Shown here: positions 38,397-47,363 of the stretch, in pieces | Numbering within the stretch: the first letter of the stretch is position 1 | Layout: the number at the start of each line of letters is the position of its first letter | From: an uncultured Caulobacteraceae bacterium | Lineage (GTDB): Bacteria; Pseudomonadota; Alphaproteobacteria; Caulobacterales; Caulobacteraceae | DNA: 48,239 bases | Assembly: GCA_937890965.1 (NCBI GenBank) | Contig: CALAEG010000487.1 | Location: 1 to 48,239 of the forward strand | Direction: 5' to 3' | Translations under genes and position numbers: made by a program | Notes under the pieces: generated by a model | What the model was told of the DNA's origin: nothing | Databases searched by the model: none | The model's input: the letters and a program-made list of their open reading frames with translations, nothing else

Positions 38397-39880
38397 CGCG
38401 GCGCGGCGCGGCCGGTGATTTCCGCCAGCGCCGCGGCGACCTGGGTCACGTCATAGGGCTTCTTGATCAGCGGCGCGTCGAAGCCCTGCGGCGCGAACTT
38501 CGAGTCGCCATAGCCGGTGGCGAAGATGAAGGGCACGCCGAGCGCGGCCAGGGCCTGGGCGACCGGCAGCACCGACTGGCCGTTCAGATTGGCGTCCAGC
38601 ACCGCCGCGTCCAGCGGCAGCTCGGCCATGCGCAGCCCCTCTTCGACGTCCGCCGCCGATCCCACCACCTTGGCGCCGGCTTCCGAGAGGCCCGCCTCCA
38701 GTTCCAGCGCCAGCAACAGGGCGTCCTCGACGATCAGCACGCGCAGGCCCTTGATGCGGCCGGCGGGATCGAGATAGGGCGCGCCGGCCGAGGCGCCGGT
38801 CAGGCTCGGCGCCTCGGCGATGGGCGCGGGCGCGGGCGAGGCGGCCGGCTGGTCGGCCAGGGCCGAGGCGCCGGCGACCAGGGTGGCGCGCACGCCTTCG
38901 CGGCGGTGTTCGATGCGCGCCTCGCCGCCCAGTTCGCGGCCGGTGACCTTGTCCAGGAGCGTGGCGCCAAACCCGCGCCGGGTCGGTGGCGCGACCGGCG
39001 GGCCGCGGCTTTCGATCCACTGAAGTTCAAGCCCGCCATCGCCGGTGGCCCGCCACGCGACATCGACCCGGCCAAGCTCGGTGGAAAGGGCGCCGAACTT
39101 CACCGCATTTGTGGCCAGCTCGTGCAGGGCCAGCGACATGGCGTTGGCCGCGCGCGGGGTCAAAAGCAGGTCCGGCCCCTGCCAGCGGGTCTGGCCCGGC
39201 GCCAGGCCGCCCAGCTCGGCGGCGGCGATATTCTGCATGCCGGCGCCGCGCCAGCGCGTGGCGGTGAGCAGCTGGTGGGCCGAGGCCATCGACTTCAGCC
39301 GCCCGGCGAAGGTCTTCAGGAAGCCCTCGAGCGAGGAGGCCTTGCGGGCGGACTGGGCGGCCAGGGATTGGACGGCGGCCAGCACGTTCTTCACCCGGTG
39401 GTCGAGTTCGGCGACCAGGGTCTCGCGCTCGGCCTCGTCGCGCTTGCGGGTCACCTCCTCGGCGGCCAGGGCGGCGAGATCGGTCAGGGCCGCCAAGCCG
39501 ACCTGGGCGCAGGCAGGCCCCGGCCTGGGCTCGTCGAGGATGATAACGCCCAGAACCGGCCCCTCGGCGGCGAACAGCGGCGCGGCGGCATGGAAGCCCT
39601 GATCGTCGGTGGAGACCACGGCCTCGCGCAGACCGCGCCAGCGGGTCTGCAGATCGCCGGCCGGCGGCCAGTCGCATCCGGCCGGTGCGACCTTGGCCTG
39701 CACGCGCACCTGGCCGTCCTCGAACAACGCGATCACCGCGCGGGAGACGGAAAAGGCCAGCGCGGCCAGGCTGGCGATGCGCTGCAGACGGGCCTGAGCC
39801 GCCGGGTCCGCCTCGGCAGAGGCCAGGCGCGCGGCGTTCATCTCAGGCGCTGACGGCTCCGCTGCCTCGAGGCGATCCAT
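38375..39880 (-). CDS. Hybrid HWE histidine kinase (degenerate GAF - HWE HK - receiver)
   Basis: ELDHRVKN, HELATNAVKFGALS, WIESRGP, GFG; C-terminal REC (IVED, LDANL, ATGY, KP). Confidence 0.9.
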   Translation of the reverse strand: MDRLEAAEPSAPEMNAARLASAEADPAAQARLQRIASLAALAFSVSRAVIALFEDGQVRVQAKVAPAGCDWPPAGDLQTRWRGLREAVVSTDDQGFHAAAPLFAAEGPVLGVIILDEPRPGPACAQVGLAALTDLAALAAEEVTRKRDEAERETLVAELDHRVKNVLAAVQSLAAQSARKASSLEGFLKTFAGRLKSMASAHQLLTATRWRGAGMQNIAAAELGGLAPGQTRWQGPDLLLTPRAANAMSLALHELATNAVKFGALSTELGRVDVAWRATGDGGLELQWIESRGPPVAPPTRRGFGATLLDKVTGRELGGEARIEHRREGVRATLVAGASALADQPAASPAPAPIAEAPSLTGASAGAPYLDPAGRIKGLRVLIVEDALLLALELEAGLSEAGAKVVGSAADVEEGLRMAELPLDAAVLDANLNGQSVLPVAQALAALGVPFIFATGYGDSKFAPQGFDAPLIKKPYDVTQVAAALAEITGRAAPREPITAA

Positions 39881-40021
39881 AAGCGACCACTGAAGCCCCT
39901 TTTGCGGCCGTCCGATGTCGGACGAGCCGGAACAAATCATTCTGGTTAGAGAACACCTTGCGAAGGGATAAGGAAAGCGTCATGCAGCCGCTTGCCGCCG
40001 TTCCGCTCAAGCTTGGGTTTC

Positions 40022-40049
40022 GGAACCGCGTCGCTCGCGGTTGCGTTCC
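40022..40049. promoter_or_regulatory. EcfG/SigT promoter, palindromic (possibly bidirectional)
   Basis: Plus strand GGAAC(40022-26)-N17-CGTT(40044-47); minus strand GGAAC(40049-45)-N17-GGTT(40027-24). Confidence 0.75.
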
Positions 40050-40100
40050 GGACTAAGCTTCAGCGTTTCTCTCACCCTATCGATGCCTCGGAGACCTTCC

Positions 40101-40391
40101 ATGCCCGCCAGCACCGCCATCGACGAAACGGCAGACCGCGTCGACAAGACCCTCAAGGACGCCGAAAAGAACATCAACGACATGACCGAGCGCGCCCAGC
40201 GCACGATCAATGAGGGCCTTGAGACCCTGCGCGTCCAGGCCCGCGCCTATGCCGACACCGCCGGCGACTCCATCGACGTCGCCCAGCGCTATGTGGCTGA
40301 AAAGGTCCAGGAACGGCCGCTTACCGCGACCTTCACCGCCCTTGGCGTCGGCGTGCTGATCGGCATCCTGCTCGCCGGCGGGCGCCGGTGA
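40101..40391 (+). CDS. DUF883/ElaB/YqjD family membrane-anchored protein
   Basis: Coiled N-terminus, [11 protein letters not shown] + TM helix + RR; RBS GGAG. Confidence 0.85.
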   Translation: MPASTAIDETADRVDKTLKDAEKNINDMTERAQRTINEGLETLRVQARAYADTAGDSIDVAQRYVAEKVQERPLTATFTALGVGVLIGILLAGGRR

Positions 40392-40774
40392 TCTTCAGAA
40401 AACTGCTCATGGCCTTTGTGGCGATCGCGTTCCTCGCCACATCGGCGTCGGTCGTGGTCGTCGCGTTGGCCTTTGCGCTCTATGCGCTCGTCCGGCCCAT
40501 GCTGGGCGACGCGGGCGCCAGCGCCGCGGTCGCCGGCGCCTTCGCCGTGATCCTGGCGATCGGCGGGTTCGCCGCCATGCCGCGTGGGAGAAAACGCCCT
40601 GGGACCGGTACGCCCGCGGGCGTGGCCGAAGACCTGATGGAGCTGGTGCGCGACAAGCCGATCGCCTCGGCCGGCGTGGCTCTGGCCGCCGCAATCATGG
40701 CCATGCGCAATCCGCGAGTCATTGGCGAGATCGCGCGGGCCTTCGTCCAGGGCCGCCGCAAGCCCACCCGCTAG
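40388..40774 (+). CDS. Hypothetical membrane protein (YqjE-like partner of DUF883)
   Basis: GTGA overlap with the DUF883 stop; two long TM helices, then VRDKP and a third hydrophobic helix. Confidence 0.75.
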   Translation: MIFRKLLMAFVAIAFLATSASVVVVALAFALYALVRPMLGDAGASAAVAGAFAVILAIGGFAAMPRGRKRPGTGTPAGVAEDLMELVRDKPIASAGVALAAAIMAMRNPRVIGEIARAFVQGRRKPTR

Positions 40775-40790
40775 CTACAGGTCCACCGCC

Positions 40791-40815
40791 GGAACAGTTG
40801 TTCCGAAGCCACGTT
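40791..40815 (+). promoter_or_regulatory. EcfG/SigT promoter
   Basis: GGAAC-N16-CGTT, 57 nt upstream of the DUF1328 ATG. Confidence 0.8.
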
Positions 40816-40872
40816 GAAGTCTCCACGCGACGCGCCATTCCCGGCCAACGTCGAACAAGTGGAGAGGACGTC

Positions 40873-41055
40873 ATGCTGAGCTGGGCTCTGATCTTTCTCG
40901 TGGTGGCCCTGGTCGCCGGCGTGCTTGGTTTCGCCGGCATCGCCGGCGCGGCCGCGGGCATCGCCAAACTGCTGTTCCTGGTCTTCCTGGTCCTGTTCGT
41001 GATCTCGCTGGTCATGCACGGCGTGCGTGGCCGCGGACCGGTCGTCGGACCCTAA
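40873..41055 (+). CDS. DUF1328 (UPF0391/YtjA) small membrane protein
   Basis: [35 protein letters not shown]; RBS GGAGAGG. Confidence 0.93.
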   Translation: MLSWALIFLVVALVAGVLGFAGIAGAAAGIAKLLFLVFLVLFVISLVMHGVRGRGPVVGP

Positions 41056-41058
41056 AGC

Positions 41059-41493
41059 CTAAAGGTCCACCACTTCAAAGCCGTCGCGCTCGACAAGGCG
41101 CGCGGCGATGAGGCTGCGGTGGCATTCCTTGGCGTCGGCCTCGAGGCAAAGCAGAGCCGCGGGGCGCGCCGTCGCAATATTGGCCGCCTCGGCGAGTTCC
41201 GCCTGGGCGGCCGGTTCGTTTTCCAGATAATCGGTATAGAGGGCCTGCATCTCCGCATGGCGCCCGGCGCGGGCGGCGATCCGGCCCGCCGGCGGCGTGC
41301 CGAGGGCGCGCAGATGGACATAGTCGATCCCCGCCTCGTCCAGGCTGGCGGCCAGCAGCTTTTTGGAAAACCCGGCCCGGCGTGAGGCGGCCACGGCGCG
41401 GACATCGACCAGCACCTCGACCCCCGCCGTCTTCAGTCGCTGGATGACCTCGGCTTGAGTCGCGGCCTGATAGCCGATGGTGAACAGTTTCAT
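41059..41493 (-). CDS. DUF488 family protein
   Basis: MKLFTIGY, LVDVR, SRRAGFSK, LLCLEAD..CHR. Confidence 0.88.
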   Translation of the reverse strand: MKLFTIGYQAATQAEVIQRLKTAGVEVLVDVRAVAASRRAGFSKKLLAASLDEAGIDYVHLRALGTPPAGRIAARAGRHAEMQALYTDYLENEPAAQAELAEAANIATARPAALLCLEADAKECHRSLIAARLVERDGFEVVDL

Positions 41494-41544
41494 CCCGCGC
41501 CTCCTTCGCCTATGCAGCCTTGCCAATGCTTACAGGGACGCCGC

Positions 41545-42426
41545 ATGGACGACATTGTCGCTTACCAACCCCGAGCCCACTCGCTTCGGCTCGAGACAAA
41601 GACCGGAGCCGGCGATTTCGCCTATCTCGATTTCGGCCCGGGCGAACGGCCAGTCGATGCGGTCTTCCTGCACGCCAATGGCTTCAACGCGCGCACCTAT
41701 CGGACGATCCTCGCCCCCCTGGCCAGCGATCTTCGCATCCTGGCGCTTGACCTTCGCGGCCACGGTCGCACCCGCGCTCCCGCCGCTCCGGAGGGACGCA
41801 ATACCTGGCTCGACCTGGGCCAGGACCTGGATGTCTTCCTGGAGACGCTCGATCTCAAGACTGTGGTGCTGGCCGGCCATTCCATGGGTGGGACGCTCAG
41901 CCTGTTCGCCGCCGCCGACCTTCCGGAACGCGTCCGCGCGCTGGCCCTGTTCGATCCGGTCGTCCTGCCGCCGGAACGCGGCGCCGGCGAGCCGGCGAAC
42001 TCGCCCCTGGTTCACGGCGCCTCCAGGCGGCGGCGGCATTTCGACAGCCGCGGCGCCGCCGTCCAGTCCTACCGCGGCCGCGGCGCCTTCACGACCTGGA
42101 CCGAGCCCATGCTGGTCGACTATGTCGAGGACGGCTTCAAGGACCTGGCCGATGGAACCGTCGAGCTGGCGTGCGCGCCGGAATGGGAGGTGTCCAACTA
42201 CCTGGCCCAGGCCCACGATCCTTGGGAAGCCTTCGCGCGCAGCCGCTGCCCCATCACCATCCTGCGCGCCGAAACCGCTTCGACCTGCAATGTCGACAGC
42301 CGCATCGACCAGCTGACGGCCGACGGCCGCATCAGCATCGAGACCATCCCCGGCACGACTCACTTCCTGCCGATGGAACGCCCGGACCTGGTGCGGGCGA
42401 CACTGCGCAAGGTGATCGAAGCCTAG
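41545..42426 (+). CDS. Alpha/beta fold hydrolase
   Basis: LHANGF, DLRGHG, GHSMGG, THFLPME. Confidence 0.9.
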   Translation: MDDIVAYQPRAHSLRLETKTGAGDFAYLDFGPGERPVDAVFLHANGFNARTYRTILAPLASDLRILALDLRGHGRTRAPAAPEGRNTWLDLGQDLDVFLETLDLKTVVLAGHSMGGTLSLFAAADLPERVRALALFDPVVLPPERGAGEPANSPLVHGASRRRRHFDSRGAAVQSYRGRGAFTTWTEPMLVDYVEDGFKDLADGTVELACAPEWEVSNYLAQAHDPWEAFARSRCPITILRAETASTCNVDSRIDQLTADGRISIETIPGTTHFLPMERPDLVRATLRKVIEA

Positions 42427-42430
42427 CGCC

Positions 42431-42919
42431 TTAAGGCGCGTCCGCCGCGCAGGCGGCGCAGAGGCCGTGGGCTTCGATGGTGACTGAGGTCAGGCGGTAG
42501 CCGGCTTCGGCGCCGACGACGTCCATGTCGGCCGCCGCCCTGGGCTCGACCTCGGCGGTGGCCCCGCAGCAGTCGCAGATCAGGAAGGCCGCCGCATGGG
42601 TCTCGCCGACCCGGCGGCAGGCGACATAGGCGTTCAAGCTCTCGATCCGATGGGCCAGGCCGTGGCGTTCGAGGAATTCCAGCGCGCGATAGACCGTCGG
42701 CGGCTTGGCGGCGCGGCCGCCGGCGTGAAACTTGGGCAGAAGATCATAGGCCTTCACTGGCTGGCCGGCGCGCAGCAGCATTTCCAGCGCGCGGCGTCGC
42801 GGCTCGGTCAGCCGCTGGCGCTCGGCGGCGCAACGGCCCTCGGCGGCCTTCAGCTCCGCCTTCAGCCCGGCCCCGGCAAGGCCCGGTTGGTCATGCGTAT
42901 GGGTGCAGCCTGTTTCCAT
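42431..42919 (-). CDS. zur: Fur family transcriptional regulator, Zur-like
   Basis: RLT..RRRAL, KAYDLL, PPTVYRALEFL, HRIESLNAY..C, FLICDCCG, EAHGLCAAC. Confidence 0.8.
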   Translation of the reverse strand: METGCTHTHDQPGLAGAGLKAELKAAEGRCAAERQRLTEPRRRALEMLLRAGQPVKAYDLLPKFHAGGRAAKPPTVYRALEFLERHGLAHRIESLNAYVACRRVGETHAAAFLICDCCGATAEVEPRAAADMDVVGAEAGYRLTSVTIEAHGLCAACAADAP

Positions 42920-42977
42920 CCCACCCTGAGGTAGGTCCGATCGCCCGGCCACGCAAGTTGGCGATCGGTCGCGCCGA

Positions 42978-44018
42978 TCAGGCGAACAGCCTGGCGAAAC
43001 GGCGCTTCTCGCGGCTCTTCCAGCCCGCGCGATGATAGGCGTCCGAGCCGATCAGCGGCACCACCGTGGTGGCCTCGGCGAAGACCATCTGTTCGTAGGT
43101 CACGTCCACCTTGCCCCAGGACTGCGCCTCCTTCAGCGTCGAGGAGGAACAGGCTCCGTCGCGGACGTCGGCGACGGTGATCTGCACGGCGTATTTGTGC
43201 ATCTCCGCCTCGATGCCGAGGATCTCGGCGCAGACCACGGTGTCCTGAGCGAAGTTCTTCGGCACCCCGCCGCCGACCATGAACAGGCCCGTGGTCTTGG
43301 CGGCGATCTTCACATCGGTGAGTTCGCGGAAATCGGCCACGGCGTCGATGCTGACGTAAGGCTGTTTGGCCTTGATCCGCTCCACCTGGTGCTTGACCAG
43401 GCCGAAGCCGGCCGAACTATCGGTGAAGGCGGGGCAGAAGATCACCGCCTCTTCCTCGAAAGCGGTCTGGATCAGCGAGCCGGGCTTTTTCGCATTGTCC
43501 GCCGCCAGCCACTTGCCGATCTCGTGGATGAATTCGCGCGAGGAATAGGGGCGTGGCTCCAGGCTGTCGGCGATCTCCTTGATCGCGCCATCACAGGCCT
43601 GCAGCTCTTCCTCGTCGATATAGGTGTCGTAGATGCGGTCGATATAGAGGGCGCGCAGGTCGCGGTCGTCGACCTCGGCCTGGGCCTGATAATGCTTGAA
43701 GCCGAGGGCCTCGAAGAAATCCATGTCGATGATCGAGGCGCCCGTGGCCACCACCGCGTCGATCATCCCGAAGCGCACCATGTCGCGATAGACGTGCATG
43801 CAGCCGCCGGCGCTGGTCGAGCCGGCCAGCGTCAGCCAGACCGAGCAAGCCTTGTCCTCAATGGCCATCGAAAGAATGTCCGCGGCCCTGGCCGTGTCGC
43901 GCGAGGTGAAGCTCATCAGGCGCATGGCGTCGATCACCGGACGCGCGTCGTAAGCGGTTATGTCGACGTGCTCGACCGTCTTGGAGAGCAGTTCGGCCTT
44001 GGTGTTGGGCTTGGTCAT
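42978..44018 (-). CDS. Deoxyhypusine synthase-like protein (bacterial DHS/SpeY family)
   Basis: DRIYDTYI, CPAFTDSSAG, GGGVPKNF, DGACSSST..EAQSWGK (catalytic Lys), EATT. Confidence 0.92.
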   Translation of the reverse strand: MTKPNTKAELLSKTVEHVDITAYDARPVIDAMRLMSFTSRDTARAADILSMAIEDKACSVWLTLAGSTSAGGCMHVYRDMVRFGMIDAVVATGASIIDMDFFEALGFKHYQAQAEVDDRDLRALYIDRIYDTYIDEEELQACDGAIKEIADSLEPRPYSSREFIHEIGKWLAADNAKKPGSLIQTAFEEEAVIFCPAFTDSSAGFGLVKHQVERIKAKQPYVSIDAVADFRELTDVKIAAKTTGLFMVGGGVPKNFAQDTVVCAEILGIEAEMHKYAVQITVADVRDGACSSSTLKEAQSWGKVDVTYEQMVFAEATTVVPLIGSDAYHRAGWKSREKRRFARLFA

Positions 44019-44038
44019 GAAGGTTCCAACCTTGAACG

Positions 44039-44070
44039 CCCCTCCCCGTGCAGGGAGGGGTTGGGGTGGG
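44039..44070. repeat. REP-like palindrome
   Basis: CCCCTCCC-CGTGCA-GGGAGGGG followed by TTGGGGTGGG. Confidence 0.6.
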
Positions 44071-44127
44071 TAAGCGATTGAGACGTGGGGATAGGCGGCC
44101 TGATCGCCGCTATCACCCTACGCCGGC

Positions 44128-45369
44128 CTATCTGCGCCGACGCTTCTTTCCACGGGCGCGCGACAGTTTGACGACCGTGCCGGTCTCGGTGCGCGGCGTC
44201 GGGATGGAGGCGGGGGCCAGGCCGTACATGGAGGCCATGGGCGCGTCCTTGACGATGGCCGCGTCGAGATCGCCATAGCCGTTGAAACGGGTGGTCATGG
44301 CCACCCCATAGGCGCCCATCATGCCGATCTCGACATAGTCGCCCTCGCCGATGTCGTCGGGCAGCCAGAAGGGTCCTGGCATGTGGTCGAGGGAGTCGCA
44401 GGTCGGGCCATAGAAGCGGAAGGGTTTCAAGGCCGCGTCGCTGGGTTCGCCATCGCGGACCAGCTTGACCGGGAACGGCCACCGCGAATGGCTAGCGTCA
44501 AAGAGAGACCCGTAGGAGCCGTCGTTCAGATAGAGCGCGTCGCCCTTGCGCAGCTCGACGCGGGTCAGCACCGATGAGCATTCGGCCACCAGGGCCCGGC
44601 CCGGTTCGCACCAGAGTTCGGTAGTCTCATGCACCATCATCTCGGCGAAGCCGCGATCGATGGCGTCCATGTAGAAGCCGAGGCTGGGCGGCACCATGCC
44701 GGGATAGACGGAGGGGAAGCCGCCGCCGACATCGACCACATCGGCGAAGACGCCGGCGCGAACCAGCGAGCGCGAGGCCTGGGCCATGGCCGCCTGATAG
44801 GCGGTCGGGCGCATGCATTGGCTGCCGACATGGAAGGAGACGCCCATCAGGTCCTGGGTTGCCCGGCGCGCGGAGAGCAGCAGCGACGGCGCCTCGGCCG
44901 GCCCGACGCCGAACTTGCCGGCGAGCGGATAGGAGGCGCCCTCGGTGTCCACCGCCAGCCGCACGATCAGGTTCAGATCCTTGGCGGCGCCAGTGGCGTC
45001 CAGGATCTTGGCCAGCTCGTCCTCGGTGTCGAAGGCGAAGGTGCGGATGCCGTGATCGAAATAGGCCGCGGAGATGGCGCTGCGGTTCTTCACCGGATGC
45101 ATGAAGGCCATGCGCGCGCCGGGAGCATGCGTCGCCACCAGCTCGATCTCGGGCATGGAGGCCACGTCGAAGGCGTTGACGCCGTTCTTGGCCAGCGTCT
45201 CGATCACCCACGGCGAAGGGTTCGCCTTGAGCGCGTAAAAGACGTCGCCTTTGAAAGTCTTCTGGAACCAGCGCGCCGCTAGGGCCACGGCGCCCGGTCG
45301 CACGAGTGCGACAGGACGTTCCGGCGACCGCTCACGGACCAGGTCCAGGGGCGAATGGTACGTGTGCAA
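44128..45369 (-). CDS. Type III PLP-dependent ornithine (lysine) decarboxylase
   Basis: FYALKANP (PLP Lys), FDVAS, KFG, SFHVGSQ, DVGGGF, CEPGR, GPTCDSLD, GAY; TTG start after AGGGGG. Confidence 0.92.
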   Translation of the reverse strand: MHTYHSPLDLVRERSPERPVALVRPGAVALAARWFQKTFKGDVFYALKANPSPWVIETLAKNGVNAFDVASMPEIELVATHAPGARMAFMHPVKNRSAISAAYFDHGIRTFAFDTEDELAKILDATGAAKDLNLIVRLAVDTEGASYPLAGKFGVGPAEAPSLLLSARRATQDLMGVSFHVGSQCMRPTAYQAAMAQASRSLVRAGVFADVVDVGGGFPSVYPGMVPPSLGFYMDAIDRGFAEMMVHETTELWCEPGRALVAECSSVLTRVELRKGDALYLNDGSYGSLFDASHSRWPFPVKLVRDGEPSDAALKPFRFYGPTCDSLDHMPGPFWLPDDIGEGDYVEIGMMGAYGVAMTTRFNGYGDLDAAIVKDAPMASMYGLAPASIPTPRTETGTVVKLSRARGKKRRRR

Positions 45370-45450
45370 TTCACGTAACCCCCTGCAAATTGTTAAACCC
45401 AGGCCGGCGTTAGCAGCGCTTTTTAGGACTTCGGGTCCGCCGGAGCGCGC

Positions 45451-45479
45451 GATGTAGGGAATGCGGGCGGCGATGTAAA
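45451..45479 (-). promoter_or_regulatory. Probable housekeeping-sigma promoter of ornithine decarboxylase
   Basis: TTTACA-N17-TACATC on the minus strand. Confidence 0.55.
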
Positions 45480-45520
45480 GCCTTAATCGGCCAAGGGAAG
45501 TTGCGGGGCCGGCCTTGCGG

Positions 45521-45538
45521 CCGTCGCGAAAGTTTCGC
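45521..45538 (+). promoter_or_regulatory. Possible degenerate Pho box upstream of phnC
   Basis: CCGTCGC-GAAA-GTTTCGC with 11-bp periodicity like CTGTCAY-N4-CTGTCAY. Confidence 0.35.
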
Positions 45539-45588
45539 AAGGCTGCGCCATCAGGGTGCTTTTGAACGAGCGGGACGATACCGGCGAT

Positions 45589-46383
45589 ATGTCAGCAGAC
45601 GGCGTCATCGCGGTTCACGCCGCCTCCAAGACCTTCGGCGCGCGCCGGGCGCTGGACGCCGTTAGCCTGAACGTCGGCAGGGGCGAGATGATCGGCCTGA
45701 TCGGGCCTTCGGGGGCCGGCAAGTCCACCCTTTTGCGCGCCATCAACGGTCTGGTCGTCCTGGATACGGGCGAGGGGACGGTCGAGGCTTTCGGCCAGAG
45801 CGTCCAGCGCGCCGGTCGCGTTTCCGAACGCGTGCGCCAGGTGCGCGCCCGCATCGGCATGGTCTTCCAGCAGTTCAACCTGGTCGGCCGGTTGAGCCTC
45901 TACAACAATGTCGCGCTGGGCATGTTGGGCCGGATCAACGTCTGGCGCGGCCTTTTCGGGCTGTGGCCGCCAGCGGAGAAGATCGCGGTCATGCAGGCGC
46001 TCGCCCGCGTTGGGGTCGCCGACCACGCCGGCCAACGCGCCGGCACCCTCTCCGGCGGCCAGCAGCAGCGGGCGGCGATCGCGCGTGCGCTGGTTCAGGG
46101 CGCCGAGGTCATCCTGGCCGACGAGCCGGTCGCTTCGCTGGATCCGGTCGCCGCGCGCCGGGTGATGGAGCTGCTCTGCGACCTGAACGCCAAGGACGCC
46201 ATCAGCGTCGTGGTCAGCCTGCACCAGGTGGACTACGCGCTGCGCTACTGTTCGCGGGTGGTGGCGCTGAAGGCCGGCCGGGTCGTCTATGACGGGCCCA
46301 ACACCGGCCTCGACCACGCAAAGCTCGTGGAGATCTATGGCCCCGAGATCGAGGACGCGTTCTGGGAAGGGACCCCGAAATGA
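45589..46383 (+). CDS. phnC: Phosphonate ABC transporter ATP-binding protein
   Basis: GPSGAGKST, FQQFNLVGRL, LSGGQQQR, LADEPVASLDP, SLHQV. Confidence 0.95.
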   Translation: MSADGVIAVHAASKTFGARRALDAVSLNVGRGEMIGLIGPSGAGKSTLLRAINGLVVLDTGEGTVEAFGQSVQRAGRVSERVRQVRARIGMVFQQFNLVGRLSLYNNVALGMLGRINVWRGLFGLWPPAEKIAVMQALARVGVADHAGQRAGTLSGGQQQRAAIARALVQGAEVILADEPVASLDPVAARRVMELLCDLNAKDAISVVVSLHQVDYALRYCSRVVALKAGRVVYDGPNTGLDHAKLVEIYGPEIEDAFWEGTPK

Positions 46384-47363
46384 TCCGCCGCGCCCTGACG
46401 GCCCTCGGCCTGCTCGCCGCGCTGGTGCTGGCCGGCTGCGGCAAGGACGAGTCCAAGACCTTGCGATTTTCCTTCGAATCCGCATCCGACCAGGGCGGGA
46501 TGAGCCAGCGCTGGCAGCCGGTGCTCGACGACCTGCAGAAACAGAGCGGCCTGAAGGTCGAGCCCTTCTTCGCCTCCAACTACACCGCCGTGATCGAGGC
46601 CATGCGCTTCAACCAGGTGCAGGTGGGTTGGTTCTCGGCCCTGCCCACCCTGGAAGCGATCCGCCGCGCCGACGGCGAAATCCTCGGACGCATCACCGAC
46701 GAGGGCGGGGCGCGCGACTATGAATCGGTGCTGATCGTCCGCAAGGGCTCCGGGATCACCCTGGCCGACGTACTCAAGTGCGACAAGCGGCTGAACTTCG
46801 GTATCGGCGACGCGCGCTCGACCTCCGGTACGCTGGCGCCGATGTCCTATCTGTTCATTCCGCGCAACATCGACCCGCAGAACTGTTTCAAGGTCGTGCG
46901 CTCGGCGAGCCATCAGGCCAACCTGTTCGCGGTCGCCAACGGGGTGGTGGACGTGGCCACGAACAACAGCGTCGGCCTGCAGTTCGCCCATCGCGACGAG
47001 CCGGCGGCGGCCGACAAGATCCAGGTGATCTGGACTTCGCCGCCGCTGCCGGAATCCTCGATCGTGGTGCGCAAGGATCTCGACCCGGCGATCAAGGCCA
47101 AGCTCAGTCACTTCTTCCTGACCTATGGGACCGCGCCGGGGCCCGATGGCGATCGCGAGCGGCGCAACCTCAAGGCCCTGACCTTCGGCGGCTTCGCCGC
47201 GGCCGCGCCCGACTACCTCGATCCGGTCAAGCAGATGGACGCCGCCGAGACGCTGTACGACGCGAAAAAGGCTGGGGATCCGGCCAGGATCGCCGCGGCG
47301 CAAAAGGCCTATGACGCGGTGCTGGCCGACATCGCCGCCCACCAGCCCACCGCCCAGCGATGA
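46380..47363 (+). CDS. phnD: Phosphonate/phosphite ABC transporter substrate-binding lipoprotein
   Basis: Lipobox LAGC, FFASNY..VIEAMRF, STSG.L.P, H..N, VDVATNN. Confidence 0.93.
   Translation: MIRRALTALGLLAALVLAGCGKDESKTLRFSFESASDQGGMSQRWQPVLDDLQKQSGLKVEPFFASNYTAVIEAMRFNQVQVGWFSALPTLEAIRRADGEILGRITDEGGARDYESVLIVRKGSGITLADVLKCDKRLNFGIGDARSTSGTLAPMSYLFIPRNIDPQNCFKVVRSASHQANLFAVANGVVDVATNNSVGLQFAHRDEPAAADKIQVIWTSPPLPESSIVVRKDLDPAIKAKLSHFFLTYGTAPGPDGDRERRNLKALTFGGFAAAAPDYLDPVKQMDAAETLYDAKKAGDPARIAAAQKAYDAVLADIAAHQPTAQR

Noticed and set aside
39929-39950. Additional GGAAC...GTT EcfG-like motif
   Set aside because: Spacing is only about 11 nt
45410-45450. SAM-II-like GCGCT/AGCGC pseudoknot in the ODC leader
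   Set aside because: The 5' GCGCT probably lies at or upstream of the predicted TSS, and the SAM-II core nucleotides are absent
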